A stretch of DNA of 64,000 nt from a virus: positions 32,001-96,000 of IMG/VR virus record IMGVR_UViG_3300030085_004215; one strand, written 5' to 3'. The notes beneath the pieces were generated by a model. The model had not been told where the DNA came from. It saw nothing but the letters and a program-made list of their open reading frames with translations, and did no database searches. A program made the position numbers and the translations under genes. This document shows positions 48,625 to 58,581 of the stretch, in pieces (the first letter of the stretch is position 1; every line of letters starts with the position of its first letter).

Positions 48625-49952
48625 TATGATGTCCTTTTAAGTTTAGGTAATTTTAATTCTGATTTTGGTTTTTTATCATCAGATACCTTATTTAATTTAG
48701 GTAAATTTAATTCTACTTTCTTAGGTACTGTACTTAAGATATTATCCATGATTACTTTCAACTCACCTTTCATTTTTTCATATGAAAAATCTTTTGATGT
48801 AATTACTCGTAACTTACTACTATTGGTCAAATACTTATCATAATTATTATAAATATCCTTCATTAACTGAGATGCATAAAGATAATTTACATTGAACCAT
48901 TTATTCTCCTTGTTATCTACAAACCAATCTGGATTAAATGCATCTTTTGGTGCAGGTACTAAACTACCTTTCAAGGGTACACTATAGTTTTGTAGGAAAT
49001 CAGCTTGACCAGAATACACTGGTGCAATCACTGGCTTTCCACTTTGTGCAGCTTCTAATAAAGGTCTACCAAACCCCTCACCATGTGTAAATGAAATATG
49101 TGCTTTAATTTTATCATGATTGTAGAGTTCATTCATTTGGTTATCTGTAAAATCACCGTGTAATAAATATACATTTGGTAGTTTTGCTTTTCCAAATTCT
49201 TCTTTTATTTGTCTAATTTTTTTCAAGAGGTTTTCTCTATCAAGTAAACTAAATCCAGCAGCACTTGTTTTCAACACAAGAGCAGGTGAGTTCTTTTTGT
49301 TTTTGAAAGATTGGTAAAATGTTTTTAGTAACATACCTACATCTTTTCTATCCTGTCCTATGTTTCCACCCAACCAATGACCAACAAATAAGTAACAGAA
49401 ATCCTCTTCTATTACACTCAATTTTTTAATAACAACTTCATCAGTAGTTTTAACTTTACGATAAACATCTACATCCACTCCCTCAAACAATACATCAGTA
49501 TCACAAGTTAATTTTAAAACTTTACCAGGTTGTTCTTTAACATCAAATTCTGTATTTTTGTGTACATCTCGTGCAAAATTAGATGTGAATATTACTGAAT
49601 CCATTTTATTACAACCCTCAAGCCATTTTGGATGTGCAATAGAAGTTTCTATTCCTGCAGTAAATCCTATGTTCTTTTTAGCAATAGGAGTAAACTCTGG
49701 TGGAATTACTATATGTATATGAACATCTGGTTGTCTACTCATTTGATTGGTGGTCATAATATGAGATTTTATTTTAGTGTGATGTTCGTTATTACTTTCA
49801 AGTGCAGTTCTTGGTGTAGTACCCCATGGCACAGAATTAATCTTTACATCATATTCATCAAGTTCAATCAATGCTCTACATATATCTCTTGCATGATTTC
49901 CATATCCACTTCTCGTGGTTACTGGTGCAGTTACTAATATCATTGGTTTCAT
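48624..49952 (-). CDS. Glycosyltransferase family 4 (GT-B)
   Basis: SGYG, RKDVG, HGEGFGRPLLEA. Confidence 0.88.
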   Translation of the reverse strand: MKPMILVTAPVTTRSGYGNHARDICRALIELDEYDVKINSVPWGTTPRTALESNNEHHTKIKSHIMTTNQMSRQPDVHIHIVIPPEFTPIAKKNIGFTAGIETSIAHPKWLEGCNKMDSVIFTSNFARDVHKNTEFDVKEQPGKVLKLTCDTDVLFEGVDVDVYRKVKTTDEVVIKKLSVIEEDFCYLFVGHWLGGNIGQDRKDVGMLLKTFYQSFKNKKNSPALVLKTSAAGFSLLDRENLLKKIRQIKEEFGKAKLPNVYLLHGDFTDNQMNELYNHDKIKAHISFTHGEGFGRPLLEAAQSGKPVIAPVYSGQADFLQNYSVPLKGSLVPAPKDAFNPDWFVDNKENKWFNVNYLYASQLMKDIYNNYDKYLTNSSKLRVITSKDFSYEKMKGELKVIMDNILSTVPKKVELNLPKLNKVSDDKKPKSELKLPKLKRTS

Positions 49953-49955
49953 ATC

Positions 49956-51389
49956 TTACGCCTTATATATATTTATTTTTTCTCTTGGTGTCCACTTTTC
50001 AAATGCAGTTTCCATATGGTCTATAAATAAACCACACATTGCTCTTGCACTCATATTTGCATCATCACTTGTTACAAACTCATGTCCTTTAATACCACAT
50101 TCAGTTCGTTTATCTGCACCCATATCATACCACTCTTTTAATTTATCTGCAGCATCCATCCAATCACATCTATCATCCATAATATATGGTGTAGGTACTG
50201 AACCCATCATTGAACGAGTTCTTGGCCAAACTGGTTTTACCCATTCACCATGAGTTAAATCTTTATTGTTCTCCCACTTTCTCCAATCGTGAAGTGATTT
50301 AATTTCTTTGTAATCTTCAGGAGTTAGTAACTTATCTTTAAGTCTAAAACCACATTGGTCTTGTAAACCACCTGTAACATTAACAATGATTGGTGTTCCT
50401 GCCATAAGAGATTCACAAGTACCCAATCCAAATCCCTCGTTAGATGCAAGATTCATTGTAACATCTGAAAGATTATACAGAAAATTCATATGTCTATCAT
50501 CTAATTTTTGAGTAGAGAAAAATACATTTAAATCTGGATATAAATGTCTAATCATTCTTGGTAAATCAGTACCATTTTGGTCTGATGGTTGGGTATGCAT
50601 AATATATGCAACTCTATCTTTTTTGTTTTCTGGCAACCTATCTCTGAATTCATTGAATGCCGTAATACAATCACTAGTCATTTTCCTACGAATGTTTCTA
50701 TTAACATATAAAAGTATAAAATCATATGGTTTTTTATCAATTAGTTTTTGTTTGAAATTCCTCATTTCAAGTAATTCTTTTTCGTCTGTTATAGGATAAA
50801 AGAATTTTTCATTGATACCATGTGGAATGTATGTACAATCCCAGTCTGTTCTTGGTTTATTTTTAGCAACATCATTTACTATTGCAACAGTCTGTTTACT
50901 AATATTCATAATCAAATCAGAACACTCGTAAAAATTTTCATTGTATTGTGGTGCAGGCCAATCATCCCAAATATTATAATAGAAGATTGGAATGTTCTGT
51001 CTGATTTCATGTTCCATTTCATATAACCAAGTCCAAAATCTTGGGTCTGTATAATGCATTATTGCATCAGGTTTTTCAATCTCCATAACTTGTCTTAACA
51101 TTGCCGGGTCACCATAACCATTCGTTGGATAAATTTTTAAATACCCATCTTTGCCAGTTTCTTTCTTAACTGCTTCAGCCATATCTACTGTCTTACCTAC
51201 ATCTGGATGTTTTATCGCACCTGCCATTTGTACCCAATCATATTTATCAATCGTACCCAAAACGAATTCACGAGACATGGTTCCAACACCAGAGGCCATC
51301 CTTAAATCATCTGATAGGAGTAATATCTTTTTTTTCTTAATCCTATCTATCTTGACGGATTTTAATTTTGGTAATTTAATTTGTTCCAT
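49956..51389 (-). CDS. Glycosyltransferase family 4 (GT-B)
   Basis: IPHGI, NRNIRRK, NEGFGLGTCESLMAGTP. Confidence 0.88.
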   Translation of the reverse strand: MEQIKLPKLKSVKIDRIKKKKILLLSDDLRMASGVGTMSREFVLGTIDKYDWVQMAGAIKHPDVGKTVDMAEAVKKETGKDGYLKIYPTNGYGDPAMLRQVMEIEKPDAIMHYTDPRFWTWLYEMEHEIRQNIPIFYYNIWDDWPAPQYNENFYECSDLIMNISKQTVAIVNDVAKNKPRTDWDCTYIPHGINEKFFYPITDEKELLEMRNFKQKLIDKKPYDFILLYVNRNIRRKMTSDCITAFNEFRDRLPENKKDRVAYIMHTQPSDQNGTDLPRMIRHLYPDLNVFFSTQKLDDRHMNFLYNLSDVTMNLASNEGFGLGTCESLMAGTPIIVNVTGGLQDQCGFRLKDKLLTPEDYKEIKSLHDWRKWENNKDLTHGEWVKPVWPRTRSMMGSVPTPYIMDDRCDWMDAADKLKEWYDMGADKRTECGIKGHEFVTSDDANMSARAMCGLFIDHMETAFEKWTPREKINIYKA

Positions 51390-51410
51390 TTATAACCCTT
51401 ATTAATTTTA

Positions 51411-51605
51411 TTAGAATTTACTTCCACTTTGATATAAGTTATCGTGGTCTAAGATTTTTTCTCTAATATCCTCATCATAAACAAATAAATCTAAACTTCT
51501 GTTTACAAGTCGTTGTAAAGAGAACTCATTATCTATTGTTTTTTCTTTGAATTTTTTATATAACTCGGATATAACTTTGACCGAAGTCAGTTTTACATTG
51601 TCCAT
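51411..51605 (-). CDS. Small putative ribbon-helix-helix DNA-binding protein
   Basis: LTSVKV strand followed by two helices. Confidence 0.5.
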   Translation of the reverse strand: MDNVKLTSVKVISELYKKFKEKTIDNEFSLQRLVNRSLDLFVYDEDIREKILDHDNLYQSGSKF

Positions 51606-51644
51606 ATATTCCCCATTTGTATATACATATATATAAATATAAAG

Positions 51645-52052
51645 TTATGAAATTATAATCGATTTTTTATTTATTTTTTCCGCATATCTTAATGCAGAGA
51701 GTGTCCCATTTGTTACTTGATTATCAACTACGAATGCCACAACACTATCCGAATAATCTACTATATCTTTGTTTCTTCTATGGTAATTACCCACATTATA
51801 TTGTTTACTGTATCTAAATGCACCTAACACACAATGTTGATTATGAGGTTCGTGATATGCTGGAAACTCGGAATATTTTATACCAAATTCAAGTGAAAAC
51901 TTTTTTGCATATTTATCTGCACCTTGTTTGGCTCCACCACTAACAATTTCTAAGTTATCCCCAAGTTTTTCTTTGAGATTGAATACGAAATCTTTTATTT
52001 TTCTTGTATTTGTATATGTCCTACTCCCTATAATTGCTATCTTCTCCATCAT
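51645..52052 (-). CDS. SLOG/DprA-like (YspA-type) protein
   Basis: AIIGSR, VSGGAKQGAD, RRN..IV, GT. Confidence 0.8.
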   Translation of the reverse strand: MMEKIAIIGSRTYTNTRKIKDFVFNLKEKLGDNLEIVSGGAKQGADKYAKKFSLEFGIKYSEFPAYHEPHNQHCVLGAFRYSKQYNVGNYHRRNKDIVDYSDSVVAFVVDNQVTNGTLSALRYAEKINKKSIIIS

Positions 52053-52464
52053 TCCTCTTTTGTTTTTTTATAACTGGTTTATCTGATTTCATAAAATCAA
52101 ATATCTCTTTAAATTTATCAATTCCGTCACATATTTGAGTAGGTTTAGAGTAATTATATGTAAATCTTACATACTGATTTACTGTAGTATTGGTTATTGG
52201 TTTGATATCAAAGAAAATAAAATCATTTTGATTATCAAATGATGTAGGTCTGATTATACTCTTTAAAGAATGTATATTATTTGATTGGTATTTCTCTACA
52301 AAATCCGTTATCTTTTTATCATCAAGTGAATCTTTGTCTGTCCAAAAATATATTCTTCCTGCATTAACCGTTGTGGATATCGTGGTTAATTTATTTAGGA
52401 TGTTATCAGTATCTTGTAATACATCTGGTAAGTATAATCTTATGTTGGTCTTAATTGAAATCAT
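52021..52464 (-). CDS. Hypothetical protein
   Basis: Coupled ORF. Confidence 0.55.
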   Translation of the reverse strand: MISIKTNIRLYLPDVLQDTDNILNKLTTISTTVNAGRIYFWTDKDSLDDKKITDFVEKYQSNNIHSLKSIIRPTSFDNQNDFIFFDIKPITNTTVNQYVRFTYNYSKPTQICDGIDKFKEIFDFMKSDKPVIKKQKRNDGEDSNYRE

Positions 52465-53324
52465 AGCATTTTCCTATCACATAAATCCTTATTATTCTTG
52501 AACTCACAATACTTACAGTTCTTTGTAGATACTATCTTCTTATACTCTTTTACATTGTGATTACCATCCTCATCAAAACAATCTTCAATAAACTCATTTA
52601 ACCTATTCATAACTTTGTTAATACTTGGTTTACCATTTGCTGGTGTAAAAACTTGTAATCTTTTTTGAGGATAGTCTAAGTTTTCATAGAGTTTTCTCTT
52701 CAATATTAAATATTCAATATCTATTTTATCCTCTGAAATATCCCTTTGTTTAGAGAAAAACTTTTTATACAACAATAACTGATTAGTTTTGTTCTTATCT
52801 GCTTTTTGCCATTTGTTCCAACCCATAGTAGAAGTTTTAATATCTATAATTTTAACTCTACCAGTTTTTTTATTATGAATAACCACATCCATATAACCAA
52901 TAAAATTTAAATTATCGTGAATAGGAAATTTAATGTCTAATTCTATACCTAACAATTCATTATCTTTTTTAGGAAAGTAAGATGATTTTCTTTTTAAGAA
53001 TTCATTTATTATATTAATACCATCTTGATAAAACGATTTCATTTCTTCAAGTGTGACAGGTAACTCTTCAGAATTATTTTTGGTTATTTTATAATTCTCT
53101 TCCATCCTATATAGGAATATATCATTCAAAGGTAAACTATCTGCAACTTTAATAGTCTTTTCATAATATGCTACAAGATATGCCTGTATTGTTTCATGGA
53201 GTGCAGTACCAAAAATGGTGTATATATTACCTTGAAATGTACCAAGTTTATCTACATAGTTAAGTTTCCACATATGTGGACACTTATCCCATTGTGAAAA
53301 TTGAGAATAACTTATTTTTGCCAT
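52461..53324 (-). CDS. PD-(D/E)XK nuclease, RecB/Cas4-like with Fe-S cysteines
   Basis: SYSQ..CP, GTALHE, GYMD, IIDIKT, QLLLY, CKYCEF...C. Confidence 0.88.
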   Translation of the reverse strand: MAKISYSQFSQWDKCPHMWKLNYVDKLGTFQGNIYTIFGTALHETIQAYLVAYYEKTIKVADSLPLNDIFLYRMEENYKITKNNSEELPVTLEEMKSFYQDGINIINEFLKRKSSYFPKKDNELLGIELDIKFPIHDNLNFIGYMDVVIHNKKTGRVKIIDIKTSTMGWNKWQKADKNKTNQLLLYKKFFSKQRDISEDKIDIEYLILKRKLYENLDYPQKRLQVFTPANGKPSINKVMNRLNEFIEDCFDEDGNHNVKEYKKIVSTKNCKYCEFKNNKDLCDRKML

Positions 53325-53415
53325 TTTTCTTCTATCTTATCACACACCCAATCTATAACATCTACCGATAGTGCAAGTAAACATACAGTAAGAAATATCC
53401 AAAATCCAGTCTCCA

Positions 53416-53808
53416 TTATTTACCCCACTTTCCATTCTTTACTATTGTAGCCATTATACCATAATTACTAATATCAAGATACGCATCTTCCATTGGTTCC
53501 CCCTCAACTGCGGATTGTCTATTATTCATCAGTAGAGTTTTTAACCTCTGAATCTTATCGTTCATTCTAAACCACAAACCAGTAAGTGATAGATGTACTT
53601 CTTCATCAGTTTGTAATTGTGTTCCTACAGAAATATTACCTGGGCCATAATCATGTTGTTTTTTCAAAAACAATTCATATTGTTCTTGTTGCAATCGTTT
53701 GAACTCTTGTGTCATTTCAGGCCATTCCTTTTCCATTTGTTCTACGATTGGATGTTGTTTGGCAACAACTTCTTTTCTTGTAGTATCTTTTATATATGTT
53801 TCACTCAT
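53416..53808 (-). CDS. DUF1599-like nucleotide-modification-associated protein
   Basis: KKQHDYG, RMNDKIQRL, DAYLDISNYG. Confidence 0.75.
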   Translation of the reverse strand: MSETYIKDTTRKEVVAKQHPIVEQMEKEWPEMTQEFKRLQQEQYELFLKKQHDYGPGNISVGTQLQTDEEVHLSLTGLWFRMNDKIQRLKTLLMNNRQSAVEGEPMEDAYLDISNYGIMATIVKNGKWGK

Positions 53809-53831
53809 TTACTTCTCCAATTTGATACTTA

Positions 53832-53861
53832 AATATAACACTTTTTTACTATACAAGTCAA
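53832..53861 (-). promoter_or_regulatory. Early promoter (copy 13)
   Basis: TTGACT-N18-TATATT. Confidence 0.75.
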
Positions 53862-53868
53862 GTACTTT

Positions 53869-54477
53869 TTATAATATTTTATCAATTATTCCATATTCTA
53901 AACACTGTTCGGCAGTTAAATATGTATCATTTCTTTGAATCATTTCCCAAAAGTTTGCATCTTTTTTAGTAACATCATCAAGTAATGAATTGATATCTTT
54001 TTGTAAATCCTTTAAATGGTCAACACCTTTCATGACATCACCCACTTTTCCTGCTTCAAATGCAGAACCCTCGTGAACCATAACTGTTGAATGTGCCGTC
54101 ATTCTTCTTTCACCCGTTCCACATGCTAATAAAACTGATGCAGCACTCATACAAGTACCTAACGCCAGTGTGTTTACCTTAACTGGTAATGTTCTGATAT
54201 AATCGACCAACCCCAACATTGAATATACATCACCCCCATACGAAGCAATTACCAAAGTAATATCTCTATCTGGATTTACTCTCACTAAGTAATCTAATTT
54301 TACTATCGTACTATACAAACAATCAATATCAAATTCCATTGTGAGGTAAGTTACATTACTACTTGAATTAACTCCCCACTCCATTTCTGACATTGAGAAT
54401 CTATGTTTCTGTTTGAAGTCTTTATTTTTTTTATCTAAACTTGCAGCTGCCATACTTGGTCTATTTTGCATACTCAT
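53869..54477 (-). CDS. clpP: ClpP-family protease subunit
   Basis: SYGGDV, CMSAAS (Ser), MVHE (His), DTYLTAEQCLEYGIID. Confidence 0.87.
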   Translation of the reverse strand: MSMQNRPSMAAASLDKKNKDFKQKHRFSMSEMEWGVNSSSNVTYLTMEFDIDCLYSTIVKLDYLVRVNPDRDITLVIASYGGDVYSMLGLVDYIRTLPVKVNTLALGTCMSAASVLLACGTGERRMTAHSTVMVHEGSAFEAGKVGDVMKGVDHLKDLQKDINSLLDDVTKKDANFWEMIQRNDTYLTAEQCLEYGIIDKIL

Positions 54478-54905
54478 TATTTACTCCATATTTTTTTCAA
54501 TTGTTTATCTTCAACACCATATTTCATTAGAATGGTCTTTATTTGTTCTGGTGTTAATATTTCAAGGTGTTCTTCTACCTCTCGTGTACTACACTCAAAG
54601 TAATCAACAAGGTGTTCCATTGCCCATTTTTCTACTTTAGATTTTTTCTTCGATTTTACATATTTTAAAAAAACTCTTCCTTTAGGAAGTATATCAGTAT
54701 AAAATTGATACAGATTTTTTGGTTTTATCTGCCAGTATTTTTGTATTTCATTTACAACCTGAATCCAATCATCCTTCATACTCAAAAATCTATGAACCAT
54801 ATAATTACTCCATGTCTTTTTATCACCCTCTTCAAGTGAATCCCAATACATAGTATTTTGTACATTTGTAATTTGTTTTATGTGGTCAAATAAACTCTTA
54901 GACAT
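54477..54905 (-). CDS. Clamp-loader small subunit-like protein (T4 gp62-like)
   Basis: LFDHIKQI, YMVHRFLS, VNEIQ, KYVK pattern. Confidence 0.6.
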   Translation of the reverse strand: MSKSLFDHIKQITNVQNTMYWDSLEEGDKKTWSNYMVHRFLSMKDDWIQVVNEIQKYWQIKPKNLYQFYTDILPKGRVFLKYVKSKKKSKVEKWAMEHLVDYFECSTREVEEHLEILTPEQIKTILMKYGVEDKQLKKIWSK

Positions 54906-54949
54906 AAGATAACCTTTGATGTATATAAATAGGGCACTTTTTTCTCAAA

Positions 54950-55792
54950 TCAATTTTTAATTTTGGTTCTACCAAATAGTTGCCATTCAGAATCATTCAA
55001 TCTTAAAATACCTCTATCGTTAATATTCTTGTGGTTTTTATCACTTAAGTTTGAATGTTCCAATTCACAACCAAGATTCTCTGCTATCATACTAACAAGT
55101 TCTATCATAAATTTTTCTTGTTTTACTTTGGGATTAATCTCATGTAATCCACCGATTATATTTTTCAGAGGTATTTGTATATTGTTAAAAGAATCATAAA
55201 GTCGTTTAGCCTTTACTGCACGTTTTTCAGAATCTAATTTTATCACTTCTTCTCCTAAAGTACTATCAACTTGGAAAGATATTGAGATATCTGCTGTATT
55301 GAATTCGAAAACATCACTCCAACCACAACCTACAAACTTTTTCCATCGACCGTCTTTTTTCATTAATGCATCATTTCTACGATTGAATTTGACATCGATT
55401 CCGTAATAATTACAAATTTTAAGTAAACTTTTTTTTATTGCAGTATCCAAAGTATCCATATCAAAATCATGAACAAAATGTAAGTTTTGAACAGTAGGAC
55501 ATTCTAAGTAAAATCCAACAGGACTCCACTCTGATTTTGGTGGAGGTTTAGTTCTAAAATCCTTTTCTACATTCAATGGTTGTTCAAATAATCGAAGAGC
55601 TTCTGGCATATTTGACATGATGTGTGATAAATCAATTTCGTAAACACTACTAAATGGTACAATCGGTTCTACGGCAGCAAATGACACCATATAAGGTGGT
55701 TTAATATCAACAAGGTGTTGTACTTCCCACAAACCCGTATAAAGTTCTCGTGTTACTAACCCACAATCAATATATTTAATCCGAGGTTCCAT
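54950..55792 (-). CDS. Lipoate-protein-ligase-like (BPL/LplA/LipB fold) protein
   Basis: RRNDALM...KKFVG resembling the RND...KKIxG motif; start uncertain. Confidence 0.55.
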   Translation of the reverse strand: MEPRIKYIDCGLVTRELYTGLWEVQHLVDIKPPYMVSFAAVEPIVPFSSVYEIDLSHIMSNMPEALRLFEQPLNVEKDFRTKPPPKSEWSPVGFYLECPTVQNLHFVHDFDMDTLDTAIKKSLLKICNYYGIDVKFNRRNDALMKKDGRWKKFVGCGWSDVFEFNTADISISFQVDSTLGEEVIKLDSEKRAVKAKRLYDSFNNIQIPLKNIIGGLHEINPKVKQEKFMIELVSMIAENLGCELEHSNLSDKNHKNINDRGILRLNDSEWQLFGRTKIKN

Positions 55793-56249
55793 TCCACTCA
55801 TAATCATAACTTTCAAATAATTCTTCACCTTCTTTAATGTCACGATTTGCGATGAAATAGAAATCCCTATCACCCCTCGTGTATCCATCAAGATTAGGTG
55901 TATCAGAGTGATTTTGAAAAAACCATGTGGATTGGTAGTTTAGTCCTTTAGTAGTGTACATCCAAAGTTGACCATCTGATTCACTCCATTCAAAGTCCTC
56001 ATCCATTACTTTTAGTCCAGCCTGTGCTTGTACATCATATACACATCGTAATAAACCCTTTGGGAAATGAGAAATATCTTCCCACTCTACCCAAACCTTA
56101 ACACTTTTTGGAGCTAAGTCCCATACACTCGTTCCCTTTGGTATATCTCTTATTGCGACAGCACCAACACCATCACATACTTTTGATGCACAAGGTCTAG
56201 CCCATATGTGGTTTTCAAACCAATTAATTACAAACTCTTTATTATTCAT
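55776..56249 (-). CDS. SET-domain protein
   Basis: GVGAVAIRDIPKG, NHSDTPN, ANRDIKEGEELFESY. Confidence 0.88.
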   Translation of the reverse strand: MNNKEFVINWFENHIWARPCASKVCDGVGAVAIRDIPKGTSVWDLAPKSVKVWVEWEDISHFPKGLLRCVYDVQAQAGLKVMDEDFEWSESDGQLWMYTTKGLNYQSTWFFQNHSDTPNLDGYTRGDRDFYFIANRDIKEGEELFESYDYEWNGTSD

Positions 56250-56859
56250 ATACTGAAATACCTATTGGTTTTGAATTTTCTGGATTAAAATGATATTGTT
56301 TTTCTAAATGGTAATCAACTACAGGACAGAGTGATACAGAAACTATTAAATCAATATAACTTTTAAAGGTTATGTAATCTCCCTTTTTACAATCAGATAC
56401 TCTTCCCTCTAATCTATATCCATCTGCTGCAGGTTTTACCTTTTCAAATAAATTTATAGTATTATCATTTAGATGTTCAACATCTAATTCAAAATCTTTG
56501 ATACTATTAAGAAAATTTGTTTTACAACTTCCACGACCTTGGTTTTCCTCATCATCACAATATCCTTGTACTAAATGGTGAAAACACCCATCTTTTGATG
56601 ATTCGTATTCAGTTTCATCTATACACTTTGCAATGATTCTTCGTACTTTATAATCCGACCAGAGAGTTGAACCCTTCGTAATTTTTCTATCATTCATCCA
56701 TAGAGTTTGATGCATACTTAGGAATTCTTTTTTTGGATTATCTTTACTCCAAATAGCAACATCTAATATTTGAGGACCTTCTAATAATTCAAATTTAAAA
56801 AAATGGTCTTTAGGTACTATGAATGCAAACCCATCTCTTTCAACTTTATACTTGGTCAT
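56242..56859 (-). CDS. DUF1989 / urea-carboxylase-associated family protein
   Basis: EGPQILD, LWS, HHL..GYC, SC..NF, INLF, GDYI, SLCP. Confidence 0.8.
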   Translation of the reverse strand: MTKYKVERDGFAFIVPKDHFFKFELLEGPQILDVAIWSKDNPKKEFLSMHQTLWMNDRKITKGSTLWSDYKVRRIIAKCIDETEYESSKDGCFHHLVQGYCDDEENQGRGSCKTNFLNSIKDFELDVEHLNDNTINLFEKVKPAADGYRLEGRVSDCKKGDYITFKSYIDLIVSVSLCPVVDYHLEKQYHFNPENSKPIGISVYE

Positions 56860-57757
56860 ATACTACTTGTTTTTCCTTATAAACTAAAACCAAACCACTT
56901 GAAATCATTACAAGTCCAAGTATCTGCCATAATGATGGTGTCATTGATAAGAAAAAATAACCGAGTGTCACTCCAAATATAGGTGTTCCTAACTCAACCA
57001 TACCTGTATTGGTAGCTCCAATATTTTTAACTGCTATCCAATAACAGAAGTAAGCTATAAAACTTGCCACAACTGAAATATAAGTGATTGCAAGTAACCC
57101 ATTAAATGTTACCTCTGAAAGTGTTGTCATAGGTGATTGGAATAATGAAACATAAACAAAGACTTGTAAGAAGTCATAAAATACAATCGTAAGTGGTTTG
57201 TATTTTTTCATAATACCTTGACCAACCACGAGATATCCAACCCAAGTCAAACAAGCGGCCACATCTAATAATATACCCTTAGCATTTAAACCTTCGGTTG
57301 AGAATGATGGTATCAGTTCAATAGCAAACATACAACCAAGAGTTCCCAATCCTAAAGCAATCTTTCTATTATTACTAAATTTTTCTCCATAGTAAAATAT
57401 AGAAATCAAACATAGTATAAATGGATACATATAGAATATTGCGTAAATAACAGGTAAGTTCGGGTCAAGTAATTCCCAAGCAAACCAATACACCAATAAA
57501 TGTACTGCCAATATTACACCATTAATCAAGAATTGTTTTCTATCTTCCTTTTCAACATAAAACAAATTTTCACCTGTTGTCTGTTTTTTCCATAACATTA
57601 CCCCACCAAACAATAGTGTAGCGATTAAAAACCTAACCGATAAAACCGATACAGGCCCTGCACCTTCAGCAAATATAAAACTACCAGTAACTTCAAGGGT
57701 TGACCAAGCAAATACTGCAGTTGCTATTGCTAAAAATCCTTTTAAGAATTTATTCAT
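56846..57757 (-). CDS. EamA/DMT-family transporter
   Basis: About ten TM helices in two EamA repeats (VRFLIA, YMYP, GEK, PIFG). Confidence 0.88.
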   Translation of the reverse strand: MNKFLKGFLAIATAVFAWSTLEVTGSFIFAEGAGPVSVLSVRFLIATLLFGGVMLWKKQTTGENLFYVEKEDRKQFLINGVILAVHLLVYWFAWELLDPNLPVIYAIFYMYPFILCLISIFYYGEKFSNNRKIALGLGTLGCMFAIELIPSFSTEGLNAKGILLDVAACLTWVGYLVVGQGIMKKYKPLTIVFYDFLQVFVYVSLFQSPMTTLSEVTFNGLLAITYISVVASFIAYFCYWIAVKNIGATNTGMVELGTPIFGVTLGYFFLSMTPSLWQILGLVMISSGLVLVYKEKQVVYDQV

Positions 57758-58565
57758 TTTTATTTCCTATATTTAAGTTAAAACCATAATACAACTTAAC
57801 CCTTAAATCACCTTCTCCACTAAATTCAGCGGAAACAAATTGGTTGGGTTCTCCGTACTGATAAACAAGACCATAAAGTGCCTGTGTTTCATCTTCAGTT
57901 CTTTCAAAACCTGCTAATGCTGATAGACCATATTTACCACTCTTGATAATTGCTCTACCCCATTGATAATCTTCTCTAAATTCTGTAACATAATCAATAT
58001 ATTTACTATATCCACTTACATCAAGAACTTGTCTATCTTGATTATCAACTGATACACCGATAAAATGAACATCACCTACCTCATAACTTAATCTTGCAGT
58101 AGTTAGTACATCATATCCGTTTTCGATATCATTACCATAATAGGTTTCTAAAAACCACTTACCAACTCCACCATAGACACTAACACCATCTCCGAAATAC
58201 AAGAGTCCAACATCATTAGGTGTTGGTGTTGCGTAAGTAAACCTATCACCTCTTGTTAAATCTAAGTATGGTACATTAGAACCAAATGGAATTGCTTGTC
58301 GTCCTAAACCAACTGTGAACTTATCACTATATGGTTTATAGAACAGTTCCTCAACATAAACGGATTTATCACTCCACGGTGCTTCAATCCAAATCGATGC
58401 CATCCATTTTGAATTATCATCTTTTATGAATGACCAGAGTGCTGGTTTGTCAAAGGATACCGAATCACCGACTGTGGTATATCCAACTACACTATTTTTT
58501 ATTATTGCAGATTGAGTTGATACAAATGAAACCATCATTATCAACATAACCATTATTTTCTTCAT
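57750..58565 (-). CDS. Secreted beta-rich, porin-like outer-membrane protein
   Basis: Signal peptide; YVEELFY, VGLGRQAIPFG, alternating aromatic beta-strands. Confidence 0.55.
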   Translation of the reverse strand: MKKIMVMLIMMVSFVSTQSAIIKNSVVGYTTVGDSVSFDKPALWSFIKDDNSKWMASIWIEAPWSDKSVYVEELFYKPYSDKFTVGLGRQAIPFGSNVPYLDLTRGDRFTYATPTPNDVGLLYFGDGVSVYGGVGKWFLETYYGNDIENGYDVLTTARLSYEVGDVHFIGVSVDNQDRQVLDVSGYSKYIDYVTEFREDYQWGRAIIKSGKYGLSALAGFERTEDETQALYGLVYQYGEPNQFVSAEFSGEGDLRVKLYYGFNLNIGNKNE

Positions 58566-58581
58566 ATATAACCTCTTATTA

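Noticed and set aside
52461-53324. Cas4-like protein as part of a CRISPR-Cas system
   Set aside because: No other cas genes or array; stand-alone PD-(D/E)XK nucleases are common in phages
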